Below, in pieces: positions 35,601-48,931 of a DNA stretch of 64,000 nt. This DNA comes from Geosiphon pyriformis uo1 (taxonomy: Eukaryota > Fungi > Glomeromycota), in contig JAAOMT010000098.1 of the NCBI GenBank assembly GCA_016748015.1, positions 338,190 through 402,189 on the forward strand. The letters run 5' to 3'. The translations under genes were made by a program, and so were the position numbers. The notes under the pieces were generated by a model, which saw nothing but the letters and a program-made list of their open reading frames with translations, did no database searches and was not told the DNA's origin. Every line of letters begins with the position of its first letter. The stretch's first letter is position 1.

Positions 35601-36781
35601 TGATAGTATTTTTATTAAGAAGTTTTTTAGGTTTCATAAATTGAAAGTTATGGTTTCAAAAATTGTTAAAGCTTCTTGTAAAAAATGTGTTAACAGGTTT
35701 GACTCTTTGATAAAACACTGGGTTTCTTTGGACAGTGACAAGGCCTTTACTATTCAGGTTTTAATAAACTCTGGTATGAGTTTGATCATGTACATCTTGT
35801 TCTTTTTGGGATAAAAAGATTTTATCATGTATCTAAACTTGCTGAGTCTTTGAGAGCTGAGGAATTAGGTATTAAATCTGCTATTGATAAGAGGATGGCA
35901 AGTTTTGCAGACAATAAATGCCATACAATCAGAAGTGTTTTAGAACATTCTTTCTGTAAGATAGTGTTGGATCATTTAGTTACTAATAATAATCTGATTC
36001 TGGATCTGGTTGAAGTCAAAGATAAAGTTGATTCTATCATAGAAGACTGAACAAGAAAGCAGATTGTGCTGAATAATGTTTCTAATTTGTGGCAATAACA
36101 ATATTTGTCTTTGGCTTATGTCAATAATAATGCATTTTCTAGAGTCATAATTCCTTTTTGTTATAATAATATGATATAAGTGGTTAATAACCTACCTGAC
36201 AAAAAGGCTGCTGGTTTTGTTTGGTATTACTAATGAGCTTTGAAAGCACTATAATGGTTCAGTTTTTGTCATGCTTTTGGATTTTTTAAATCTCTGTTTG
36301 GTGTGAAAATCTGTTCTACAGACATAAAAAAAAGCTTGAGTGTTAATAATTCTTAAACTGTATGAGTGGAAAGAAGTTCTAACTTATTTTTCTGATTTAA
36401 ATATGCATATTAGTGTTAAAGTTGATGGGTTGGTATTATCTACAATGGTGAAATTACAAGCAATTGCTTTAGCTTTAGAGTGTGTTTCTTTTGGCAGTTT
36501 GGTTATGGTGTTTTTAGACAGTTAGGTGCCTTTAGATACTTGTGCTGCTAAATCAATTTTGGCTTTGTCAAACTTTTGGAATTGTTGTTAGATAAAATAG
36601 CGGGGTGTGATGACTTTTATTTAGGATAAAAAAATTGACATTTCATGGTACAAGATTAAAGAACATTTGGGTGTTTTGGGTAATAAATGTATTGATGTTC
36701 TGGCTAATTTAGCTGATAATTCAGATTTTATACTTCTTGTTTTAATTGGAGATAGATTTATTAAAGCTGGTGAGATGGTGG

Positions 36782-37660
36782 TGTTACTTATAGAATATAA
36801 AAATATAGTAATATATATATTAGCCAATTAGAAGTAAACATAGTAAAATATGGAATTTCAAGATTCCTTTCAAAAAAATTCCAAAATTCCAAAAATTACA
36901 AGATTCTCATATGAAAAATCGCAGGATTTCAGAATTCCAAAATTTCTCTCAAGGAATTGCAGAATTTCAGAAATTCTAGGATTCCTAGCAAGAAAAATTA
37001 AGAAATTAAAAAATCCCAAATATGTATATATAGCAGTGGTATTAGAAGCAGAAAAGACAAATATCTGAGTTTCTCTTTCTAGTTAGCATTTATATATTTA
37101 TATTATCAATAAAAATACTTGTTAATTATATCAATCCAATTGTCCACTATCAACACTTTATGTTGATAGTAACTCATACTTAACTATACTAGAACAATAG
37201 TTCTTGATTATGGCTATTAATAGAATACCAACTTAATTGTCTTGGCTTATTTTCTTTATTTTATTTTATTTTTTATTTTTTCTTTTATTGTTGTATATTA
37301 ATTGATTAAAAATTAAGCACTAAGTTACTGACATCAGGATATAGCACTGGTAAAAGATTCAGGAATAAGAGTAGTCACTCAGATTTAAGAAATGTTTATT
37401 AAAAAATTGTTGACCATCATGCTGAGAAAAAAATTAACAGAATTGTGATTCTGGAAAGTGATAGACAACAAAACACATTAACCTAAGAGTTAACACTTGA
37501 AACATTAACCACACTTGAATCTCTGTTTATTATACAAAAGACTTTAATCAAAACTTTCAAACAACCAGAACTTTCAGATATTTATCAATGAGATCAGCTA
37601 CAATATACTAAGTTATGAATTTGTTATTTAATTTGAAATCCCAAATAATCATCTATAACA
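36782..37660 (+). repeat. 5' LTR of gypsy C (879 bp)
   Basis: TGTTAC..ATAACA; U3 of ~9-bp TTCxxGAA-like repeats. Confidence 0.92.
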
Positions 37661-37721
37661 TTTGGTGCTCTCTGTAAGATATAATCTAACAGAGAATCAG
37701 CACCAACAACTATCTGAAACA

Positions 37722-40700
37722 ATGGCAGAATCTGAAGAAATAGAGACAAACCATTTGGGATTTACAAAATCTTTATTTCAACATTATTACATCCATCTTG
37801 GATTAACAAATAGTAATGGACCAACAGAATTAGCTTTTAATTATTATGTTAACAAAAAAATTGTATACTACTTGAGAGGTTAAAAAGATCTAGAATCTGC
37901 TTTCAACAATTTCTTCAGTAAACTATTCTAAAGCACTACTCTTCTATAAAATTATTTATTTGCACTCTTAATCACAGAAATAAACAAGAAAATTGAAAAA
38001 TACACCAAGCAAAAATTTTCTATCACTTTTGCTAACAAAAGAAAAGGAAGATTACAAACACCAGCAGAAACTTCAAAGCAAATACAACTACTTACTTGAA
38101 GATTTGATTTATCTGCTAATCTATCATATTATCACACACCTAAAAGCACTATTAATATAATAGACATGTTTATAACAAGTGTAACAACACCATTAAACAG
38201 AATTCTGTTTCAAAGTAAACAGAAAAAAGCAGAATTATTAAGAACATATGGCAATTATTTTGAGAGATTTAAATTGCAATCTCCAATATTATCAGAAATT
38301 TGATTATTACCACTACTACTAGATTTCAGAGCCAACAGTTCTTAAGAATTAACTGACTCTGGAAAAAAAAATAGTGACCAAAAAATTAATACAAAAAACC
38401 TGATCTCAAAAAACTCAGAAATTCAAACTCTAATTGTTTCAACTCAGAAAAATCAAAATAATTTCAACCTCGACATTATTATTAGTAAAACTTACCTCCA
38501 GTAATTGTGATTGATTAACCACTAATTGAACTGATTGCTGAACCACCCTAATAGCTGCAACCACAACCACAACAACAACTTTAACAGTCCCAACAACTGA
38601 TTGCACTAATGACATATGCTTCAATTACCAAAATAGAAAAATTTATTGGCAAAGAAAATAATACACAAATATAACTAAACAATATAAAAAAAGCCATTAC
38701 AGTAAACAGATGGAATGATATTAGAGCACTATAAGCCATCTTTTTTTTTCTTCAGAATACCACTAATTCATGGTATTAAAGCTTGGAAAACAAACCCCAA
38801 GATTTTAACACATTCAAACTTGAGTTTCTCAAATATTTTAGTAACAACAACAGTATCAACTATCTGGCAAATACTTTTATTACAATCAAACAAGAAGATG
38901 CTAAAGCAGTTACTACTTATTTGGAATGCTTCCATCAAAATTTGCACCAGATTCAAGCAATTAATGCCAACTATTTTACAGAGCCACAAATCTTAAACTA
39001 GTTTATTTGCAGTCTATGCAGTAGCATTTTCTAATGCATATATTCATTACATCTAGCCAATCTTTAAGCAGCAGTCACTTATGCCAGAGATTTTAAATTG
39101 GCAAAACTCAAAGCCAATTATGTCCAAGCTGTAAATCTAGTAATGAATGGATTATCTGACTTGGACTCAAAATTGAAACAGTTCAGCAACTCAATTAATC
39201 AGAAAATTAAGAAATACTTAGCTAATAACAATTAAGCAGTATATTAACTACTACAATGTTGTGACAATTCTAAAAATTAGTACCAAAATCAGTCATGTTT
39301 TACATCTTTGTTGACTCAATTATCATGGCAACAAGAGACACATATCTGTCACAACTGTAGTAAACAAAAACATATCAAGATTGACTGCTATGTTAAAATT
39401 AATAATTAACAATTGGAAAATCAATATTAAAACCCCAATTGCCAATTTCAAACTCTGAATTACCATTCAAATTAAGACTACTATTAACTTCATTACTCAT
39501 CAATGATGCAGTAAATATACTTATTACCAATTTATTAGCTTCTAGTACCCATAATATATTAACCACAGCCACAAATTATTTATCAATCTCAACAACTTCA
39601 GACATCATCACAAATTCCAGTTGAGATAACACTCAGAAACCAAAAACCAAGAATGACCCAAAACTGAAGATCAGTAATGATTGTTTATTAGTTAATATTA
39701 AGCTTCTCAAACCAACTATTAGGATTATGTCAGTGGAATTTAGGAACTGAGTATGGCCAAAACCTGAATTTCTAAAACTATTTAAGTCTCTTGATTAATC
39801 CAAAAGATGTCTCACTCAACAAACCAGAATCCAACCAAAAGCAGCCACTTATTAGCAACATTCCATCAGCAACTATTATTGACAACAATTCATTAGAAGT
39901 TATTTTTTCTTTTAAACTTGAAGAACCAGCAATAATAGTCCTATTTAGTGGAGCTATTCTCAACACTAAACCAATTATTGTTATGTACACCAATGCAAAA
40001 GTCAATAACCATTCTATCAAACTGATCTTTAATAGCAGTTCAACAAGCAGTATTATCACTAAACAACTCATGGACCAATTAGGTTGTTAAATTAATTACA
40101 CTACTAGTATCAAGATTATTACAACCAATGAGACAACCAAAATCCCTATTGGCAAAATTGACAACTTTTTTTTTGAAGTCAATAGTATCATTATTCTTAT
40201 CAAAGTGTTAGTAATGAAAGCCATCCAATACCAAGCTGTTGTTAGTAATAACTGGCTGTCTAAAACCAATACTGTGCTCAATTAAAACACCCAAGAGCTA
40301 TAACTCAGCCAAAATAGATGACATACTAAAGTACTAGTCACTTGTAATCATTTCAAGACCACCACTAGCAAAAAACCACTAATCAAGTTTGAAGAAAAAG
40401 AAAAAAAATCTACCTGGGAAATGTATTAGGTATTATGAACCAAAAAAAAACACAACAAATTACCACCAGTATCTACATGAAAAGAAAAAAAAAGGGAAAG
40501 AAAAAGAAAGAGAAGAAACCCAAACAACTATCTTTACATATACACCATATACTACTATTATCCAACCACAACCAAACTATTGTCAACCCAAGCTAATTTG
40601 CATTAATTATGATAAGAAATTGTCCACAATGAGTGCATGTTGTGATGACAATGAGGAATGGCCAATGGCCACAAAATACTACTATTGCCCATGCATTCTT

Positions 40701-41557
40701 GAATGCTTTAGACAACCAAAAAAGCAAGGAAAATAGAACAACAAACCATGTTTTGCTTGTAAGAAAACTCTTTTAGACAAAAATATATGGAACAACATTT
40801 CTGGTTATAGAGAAATATGTAATGAATTATATTAGTACATGATTTTAATTAATGATTAGATAAAAAAAACACTCATAGATATTGCCTAAAAAAAAACTGT
40901 AAAATAACTAGATAATTGTCTATATGATAATAACAAAATATGGAGAATAGCAATCACCAAAATCAAAAACATGACACCAAAAGAAATTAAAATAATCAAA
41001 AACAATCTACCAGAACTGAAAGAAATCAATTGGGTCCCAAATCTAGATATTATCTTTAACATAATGGATTCTGAACAATTCCATAAACACTACCAAAAAT
41101 TAGCTACTAGAAAAGAGCAAACACAATGTTTGGAAGAACTAAACACTTGACTTTGTAACCACTGTTTAATACCATATGACTTTTAATATTGTAATAAGTG
41201 TGATTTTCTTTATAATCCACCATTATACATGATTTACACAATCTTTGAAGAGAAAAAACCAATTAACAGCTGTGCATTGGAATTAGAATTAAAGTTTAAT
41301 CTCAATTCAAACTCTAACAATAATGAAAACAATAATTTCAGCTTAGTTCAAAATAGCAACAATGACCATAATTCAAATTTTAATTATAATTTAAACAATA
41401 TATTGTGCTTTCTGATCTTTCGAAAAAGCAAGAGCTCAAATAGTTCAGTGGTAACAATAAAAATATTATGTCAGAATATATACATAATATCAATACAAAG
41501 TTTGATCTAAGATATTTAAGGAAAGATGCCATTAAATTGGAACCATATTCACATACT
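37722..41557 (+). pseudogene. gag-pol: Gypsy C Gag-ZnK-PR-Cys-rich-truncated dUTPase
   Basis: MAESEEIETNHLGF, FLKYFSNNNSIN, CHNCSKQKHIKIDC, PKLICIN..ACC..YYCPC, FDLRY. Confidence 0.85.
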
Positions 41558-42161
41558 GGCTCAACAACTTTTTTAATTGATTCAACAACAACATATGAAA
41601 ATTACAATTAACCAACAAACTATTTAATATAAAGATACCAGGAAGAAACCTCAATATGAAGTGCAGAGAAAACCAGGAAACACCATCAATAAGATAATTA
41701 TAAAAGTGAAATTGGCAATAAAAGAACAAACAAAAATTATATCATATCAAGAGTTGACAAAAAAAATGTGGAATTGATAAATACATCAATTTCCAAGAAA
41801 CTTTTGTTATTTCTATTTGGGATAATATCTGAATATTCAAAACTTATATATGGATAAAACAAAATAATTATTCAACACAACAATATTACAACAACTTGAG
41901 CAATTTGTGAAAAAGAACAATCTAACAACACAAGCACAAGCCATCTATTAATTATATGCTAAATTTTAAAACCAATCTGAAATATTATTCAATACAGTAA
42001 TAGATACAGTTATCACTAATCAAATAGATAAAATGATTAATGTTCAATTTGAAGAATTACAAACCAAAATAACACAAGTAATTCTTGAAAAAAAAGTCCA
42101 AGAAATAATTAAAGAAGAAGAATTAAAAGAATTTAAAGATCTTAACAGAGCACAATATTAA
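41544..42161 (+). pseudogene. Gypsy C ORF3 (start removed by deletion)
   Basis: HIHILAQQLF...ELTK..ILEKKV..DLNRAQY*. Confidence 0.65.
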
Positions 42162-42174
42162 AAAGAAGAAATAA

Positions 42175-43064
42175 TATTACTCATAAAATATAAAAATCAT
42201 AGTAGTATATATATTAGCCAATTAAAAGTAGATGTAATAAAATATGGAATTTTAGGATTTCTTTTAGAGAAATTACAGAATCTTAAAAATTACAGAATTC
42301 TCATATAAAGAATTACAAAATTCCAAAATTTCAAAATTCCTTTCAAGAAATTGCAAGATTCCAGAAATTCTAGAATTCCTGGCAAGAAAAATTGAGAAAT
42401 TGAGGAATTTCAAATATATATATATAACAGTAGTATTAGAAGCAGAAAAGACAGACATCTGAGTTTTTCTCCCTAATTAGCATTCATATATTTACACTAT
42501 TAATAAAAATACTTGTTAATTATATCAATCTAATTGTCCACTATTAATACTTTATGTTAATAGTAACCCATACTTGACTATACTGGAACAATAGCTTTTA
42601 ATCATGGCTATTAATGGGATACTAAACTAATTGTTTTGGCTTATTTTCTTTATTTTTTTTTTTTCTTTTATTTATTTTTTTATTGTTGTATATTAATTGA
42701 TTAAAAATTAAGCACTGAGTTACTGATGTCAAAATATAGTATTAATAAAAGACCCAAGAATAAGGGTAGACACTTAGATTTAAGAATAGCTTATCAGGAG
42801 ATTGTTGGCCACTACACTGAGAAAAAAATTGATGGAATTGCAATTCCAGAAAGTGACAGACAACAAAACACATTAACCCAAAAGTTAATACTTAAAACAT
42901 TATTTAAAAAAACCACACTTGAATCTCTGTTCATTATATAAAGGACTCCAATCAAAATTTTTAAACAACCAGAACCTTCAAATATTTATCAATGAGATCA
43001 GCTATAATACACTAAGTTATGGGTTTGTTATTTGATTTGAGACCCCAAATAATTACCTGTAACA
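42175..43064 (+). repeat. 3' LTR of gypsy C (890 bp)
   Basis: TATTAC..GTAACA; direct repeat of 36782-37660. Confidence 0.92.
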
Positions 43065-44149
43065 ATAGTATTTGAAATCATTTGTTATTTTGCTCAGTGA
43101 GTTTTCAGGGCTGTTCATCATACTTGTTGGAAAGTTGGTCCTGGCTCTAATGTTATTTACAAAAACATAATTGGTAATATGGATTGAGTTTATACCACTT
43201 TGGTCTGACATCCTAACTTGTAAATGGCTGCTGGCTTTACTAATAAGTCTAGAGTTGGTTTGTGTTTGTATTTCATGCAAGCTTTATACTGTTATCTGCT
43301 GGTCATGGTTCATAAACATCTTTACAATAGAAGATACTCCAGTATATTATGTTTCTATTGTAAAGACATAAAGAGTTTAGACTATTTATTTGTGTATACA
43401 TTTGATGCTGGGCTTTGTGTAGACCTGTTCAAGTCTTATCTGAGTTAGTAGAGTAATTTGTTAGGTTTGGACTTGGTTATGTTTTAAGTTTTGCAAATGC
43501 TTTTTTTGTGTGTATTTGACAATGTTATTTATATCATTTTGTATAAGGATTTTGTTTTCAAGTCTTGGTTTTTAGAGGCTTTGTCTGCTTTTGGTGGTGT
43601 TAAATCTGCTAATGAGAATATCATTAGTTTTGTTTGGGATCTGAAGGCAGCTTATTGTACTAATATATAGTTGGTTTAGACCAAATACAGAGTATTCATG
43701 AAGAAAAAAGGCTTGATTGTTTGTAATGATTTATTTTTACTCAAAGTCTGTGGTCTATTGTCTCTGTTTTTTATTGGTGTTGTTAAATTGCTTGGTATTG
43801 CAAAAACATTAGGAGTTAGCTTTGATTTTCATAGGCTTTGCTGTTTTTTTTCTGGTGTTGATAATGTTGTATTAGTTAAAATAAATTTATAGTGTTGCTT
43901 TGATTAGTTCAAGTGGCTGGTCATGTATAAAAAGTGCATAATTTGCATCTAGTTTAGATTACTCAGTTTAATGTATTATATTAGATGGCATTTGGGCCTC
44001 ATTCATTAAATAATAATAATAATAATAAATGTTTAATTATTACAAAGTAAGAAATAAATAAATAATTAACTAAATCTTACCTAATTTTGATATCTTATAC
44101 TATTGTGTTCTGAAAAATCATATCTACTACAAATGTATTTTGTATATGG

Positions 44150-46600
44150 TTTTTTTTTTCAGTAGCAAACTTATAATATTTGGTTTCTAAACATTTTTTA
44201 TGTTATAATACTAATGAATTTTTAATTTGTTTAAGCTTATTTTCTTTATTAGCATTATCAACTTAATTGTTCTTTAGAACTTGGTCTTGATTTTAAAGTA
44301 TAGTCACTACTTTTTTATGTTGATTAATAAATTGTCTTAATATTATTATTATTTTACTATAATTTTTATATTTAATAATAAGCTAAGCAATTTGTTATGT
44401 GAATTTTTACATTTTATTATATTTTTGTTTTTTCTGTGCTGTAAAACATAAAACATTAATAATAATTTTAAGTATGATTAAAAGATTTGGAATTTCTATT
44501 TTATTGAAAAAAATTTTGCAGTTTTTTGATTCATAAAACAAAAAACTTTAGTGACTAAATTATTATTTCTTTTTTTATTAGTATACTATCACAAAAATAT
44601 TATTTAAATATAAAACTCTGCAATTTTTAAATATAGCATTACTTAAAAATAATAATAATAAACAATATTATAAGATATATTAAACAAATATGAACAAAAA
44701 TAAGAAACAGAATTAACAATTTTAATAAATATGAATACTACTATTTTCTGATCATAAGTCTATAATTTTTTACATTTTTTTGATGTTTTTTTATTGACTT
44801 TAACAATTATTAATTTTAATAAAATTTGTTTTATATCATACAGATTCTCAATAAAATTATCTATTATATTAGAACTGGAATTCTAAATATCAAAATATTG
44901 TTAGATAAATAACTTGAAAAAATACACTAAAAAATAATTTTTTTTACTTTATTATAAGTATTAATATTCAATAATAATTAATTTGTAATAAAATATAGAT
45001 ATTGTGTTATTTTTAAATGTTGTATAAATAAAATATAAGATGTAAAGTATTAAGTTATTTGTTTGTTAATCTCAAAAAATAAATCATAGCCAACTAATAT
45101 GATTTTTATATAAGATAAAAGTATACAATATTCAAAAAAATGATTCTATTTTGTTTTACTTTTAAGTTTTGTATCTAATGTACCAACAAGATTATAAACT
45201 GTTATTTACTGAAAACATGTGTTTAATAATATTGTTAAGGCTTTTAACACAAAAAGTAGTTTAAGTTCCTGTAATAAATATTTTTAATATAAAACACAGA
45301 CCTATGCTTATCAACTGAAATAAAAAGTTCTTATTAAATAATCTTTAGTATTAATATATGTTTCAGTAAGTTGTAATTATTATTTATAAAAATTTTTTTT
45401 ACATAACTATTGTGACAAAAAAAAATTGTGAATAAAGCTTTCATATTAATTGTAAAGCTTTAATTTGAGATTCTTTAATAAGTTTTCATTAATATAAAAA
45501 ATACAATAAATTTGGTAGGTTGTTTTGTATACTTAAGCAACTATTGCATTTGTTGCAAAATCAACATTGATAATAAACACTAATAGTTTTGTTATTATTG
45601 CTTTTTTTGTGTATTTTAAAATCTATTTCTATAATTTAACAGTTTTATCTGATACAAAAACCTGTATAATAAGATAGAATTTTGTGTTATTGTTTATAAT
45701 AAAAAAGAGAGAAAATAACATCTGATAGTGATTAGTCTTTGTTGTATTGTTATTTAAAACAATATCATAGTACTTTAATTAAAGAACAACTTATACAGAA
45801 AACATCTAAAATATACAGATAAATCAATTTTTATCAATTTAAAACTCTATAACTCATTTAGAATTATTTGATTTGCAATTTATAAGGATTGTTAACAAGT
45901 AAGATGTATCATGTTTTTTGTTATTATGAACTTTAAATCTTTGTATTGTATTTGTAAAGTTATAATCGAAAATAAATATTGTTGAAAATTTTATTTTTAA
46001 TAATTTTTTTAGATGATAATTGATAGATTTGCATATTCCATAAAAAATCAGATCTTTTAAAGAATGTTATCTGAAATTTTTCAATATATTAAAGCATATT
46101 TTTTAGTATTAGAATATAATAAATGATTATATGTATTATTAAAAGTAATAAGAATTATTTTGTATAAGTTTTTGGTACAGTTTATATTAACATGCCAACT
46201 ATATTCTTGATATTTTGATTTAGTGTTTAATAATTTTAAATGTTGATCTTTTTTTTGATTTATATTGGCTATTAAATTTGCATTTAAAAGTGTAATATTT
46301 AATGTTGTTGTCTAAATATTATTTTAATTTCTTTTAAATAACTCCAAATCCTTGTTGTTTACTATAAATCTTTATATATTTTAAAAGCATAATTAATATA
46401 AAGTTTTATAGTTAAATAAATATAAAAAAATTTAATGTTAAATATAATTGAAATTATAACCAAAAATTTTATTTCTATTTATAGATACTTAATTATTTAA
46501 TTGTGATAAGTTTTCATTGACATAATTCTAAAATTGATTGACTAATTCTATATTTGAAATAGGTTTTAAATTAAAATAGAAATAACTTTAATTTTTTAAC
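44150..46600 (-). pseudogene. Highly eroded Mutator-like (MULE, FAR1-related) transposase with SWIM finger; boundaries approximate
   Basis: Manual minus-strand translation: YDIVLNNNTTKTNHYQM (45721-45775), LVFIINVDFA (TDAD motif), YCIFYINENL (HCxxH), TGT*TTFCVKSLNNIIK (catalytic E region), YFCSYL..IVYYYYF*VM..**Y (SWIM; 44575-44720). Confidence 0.8.
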
Positions 46601-47105
46601 ACATGGTCTTTTATTAAACATATATACATATCTTTCTTTAAAGACAAACTGGTTATTTTTTTTTATTTTATATTTATACTAAAATATTAGTCTTAATATA
46701 ATATATAATATATAAAATATTATATTTAAAATTGCTAATATACTATTAATCACAATATTAATTGATATATTTAAGTAAATATTATCTAGAATAGTTTAAA
46801 AAATCAGACTTTGCATAACTTGTTGCCTTTAATATTTTAAAATCTATAGCTTATATCTAATACACAAATTTATATGTTTATATTATAATATATAAGTTTT
46901 TTTTTTAACTTAGGTATTATTTAAAACAAAAAAAACTTCTTGTTATGCAAAAATAAAAGTAGTTACACCAAAAATTTTGATGTGTTTTTGTATTATAATA
47001 TACAAATAGTGTATATTAAATTCAAAAACCATGTAATATGATATATGTAATTTATTTTTAATTAATAAAAATAATTAATATTACATAATTTAAAACAGAT
47101 TAAGA

Positions 47106-47168
47106 CGTCGATCACTGCGCCATATATGGCACGTGTTACACGTGCCATATATGGCGCAGTAATTGACG
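47106..47168. repeat. CpG-rich nested palindrome (perfect 23-bp arms around one T; 31-bp arms with 2 mismatches)
   Basis: ACTGCGCCATATATGGCACGTGT-T-ACACGTGCCATATATGGCGCAGT at 47114-47160. Confidence 0.95.
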
Positions 47169-47199
47169 AAACAAATGAAGTTACGTATTATAATATTAA

Positions 47200-48800
47200 T
47201 TACATATTTTTTCGAAATTGTTATAAATCTATTAATTTTAATATTATTAGATTTCTTAAATAAATACTATTAATATTAATTGTTTTAATATGTTTAATAT
47301 TAAAAATAAGTAATTATTAATAAGGTAAATCATGATTTATATATATATACAATTTTAATAAATAATTTAATTCTAAATAATAATTGTGTTTTTATTAAAT
47401 AAAAATTTTAATTTTAAATTAAATAAATTAATAATTTAATGTTTGTTTTGTTTTTAAAATTATTATTATCATATAATTTTTTTTGGTTTTTTAAAATTTT
47501 AATATGATATTATTTGCTAACTTTTAATATTTAATTTATTATTTATTTAAATTTATTTATAATTTAAAATTTAATTTAGTCTTAATAAATATAATAATTA
47601 ATTTTTATTTATTTTATATTTTTTATTAATATTAATTTAATATTGCATATATTAATTTTTAAATTAAATTAAATATTAAAAAAAGACTATTTATAACTTA
47701 TATTTAAGAATATTTTATTAAGCTTTAATAATACAATATTAAAAATTTGAAAGTTTAGTCAATTTAGCTTTAAGATATTTTAGCTTAAATATTATAAAAA
47801 CAGAAACCAAAATTTATAAACAATATATTAATAGTTTTCTTAAAAATAATGTCTAAAATCATATTAAAATTAAAAATTACCTTTAACAAAAAGCTGTAAA
47901 CTGAAAAAAAAACAGTAAATAAAAATATAATATTTAATTTAAAAAATATTAATAAAATTTAATTAAACAAAAACTTAATATTATATTTTAAAACATTTAT
48001 TTAAAATTTATTAATAAAAAAATAAATTAAAAAAAAACATTAAACAAAATATATTATAACCAAAAATTTGGCCAAAAAAACTATTTAAATTTATAATTTA
48101 CTATTAAAAATAATTATATATAAGATAAAAACATTTTTTTTAACAAAATAAGACTAATTAATTTTAAAAACATATTTTTAAAATTTATTAAAAAATTTTT
48201 TAAGAAAATTATATTTTAATTAAAAATATTCAAAATATTTATAAGTTTTATATTAAATTAAAATTAAATTTAATTTATTAAAAATTAATTTTTACTAAAA
48301 ACATAAATAATATAATAAATTTAATTCAAAATTTTTTTATTCTTAAAATAAATAATTATATATTATATTTTATTAATAATAATAATATATATAATTTATA
48401 ATGTAAATTTTTTTAGATTTATTTAAAAAATTATTATAAACAATAATATACACAAACAAAATAAACAATACAATTTTAAATTTATTTTTTGTTTTTATAT
48501 TGTCTAATTTTTATTAGTCTTAATTATATATATAAAATTTTTATTAATTAAAAAAATATTATAAAGCTAATAAATTAATTTAATTAAATTTAACAAATTT
48601 TATTATAGCTTTTTATTATAGTCTAATCAGTTGTTATTAATTAATATAATTTTATTAAATTCAAATAGAACTAAAATAATTATTTTTTTAAAAATATTTA
48701 TAAAATTTTTTTTTGAAAATTATAACTTAATTTAAATATATTTTTTATTTTTTAAAATATTTATTTAAATTTTTTTATTTTTAATTAATATTAAAATTAT
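47200..48800. other. Extremely AT-rich low-complexity tract
   Basis: Almost no G/C, no ORFs; similar tracts at 25250-25845 and 62470-63420. Confidence 0.85.
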
Positions 48801-48931
48801 ATTTAAACTTTCTCTCATCAATCTTCTGGCCACTGCAAAAGCAAAGAATTTTTTAGGAGAAATCATTTTACTTTATTCTTTTACCCTTCGTTCACCAAGT
48901 CATTTCTTCTAATATACCTCTATTTGTTGTA

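Larger units (their letters stand above)
36782..43064 (+). mobile_element. Ty3/gypsy copy C, divergent subfamily, non-autonomous (RT-RH-IN deleted)
   Basis: LTRs 36782-37660 and 42175-43064, PBS 37661-37679, PPT 42160-42171, degenerate TSD GTGG/ATAG; the host LINE frame rejoins. Confidence 0.92.
32751..44030 (+). mobile_element. LINE copy L3, slightly 5'-truncated, RT core deleted, interrupted by gypsy C, (TAA)n tail
   Basis: ORF1 ~32850-34649, ORF2 from 34646, jump from pre-RT to RNase H at ~36383, ORF2 end 43892, 3' UTR and (TAA)n at 44008-44030. Confidence 0.88.

Noticed and set aside
47106-47168. Helitron 3' hairpin or one of a MULE TIR pair
   Set aside because: No CTRR terminus follows and no partner repeat is visible in the window.
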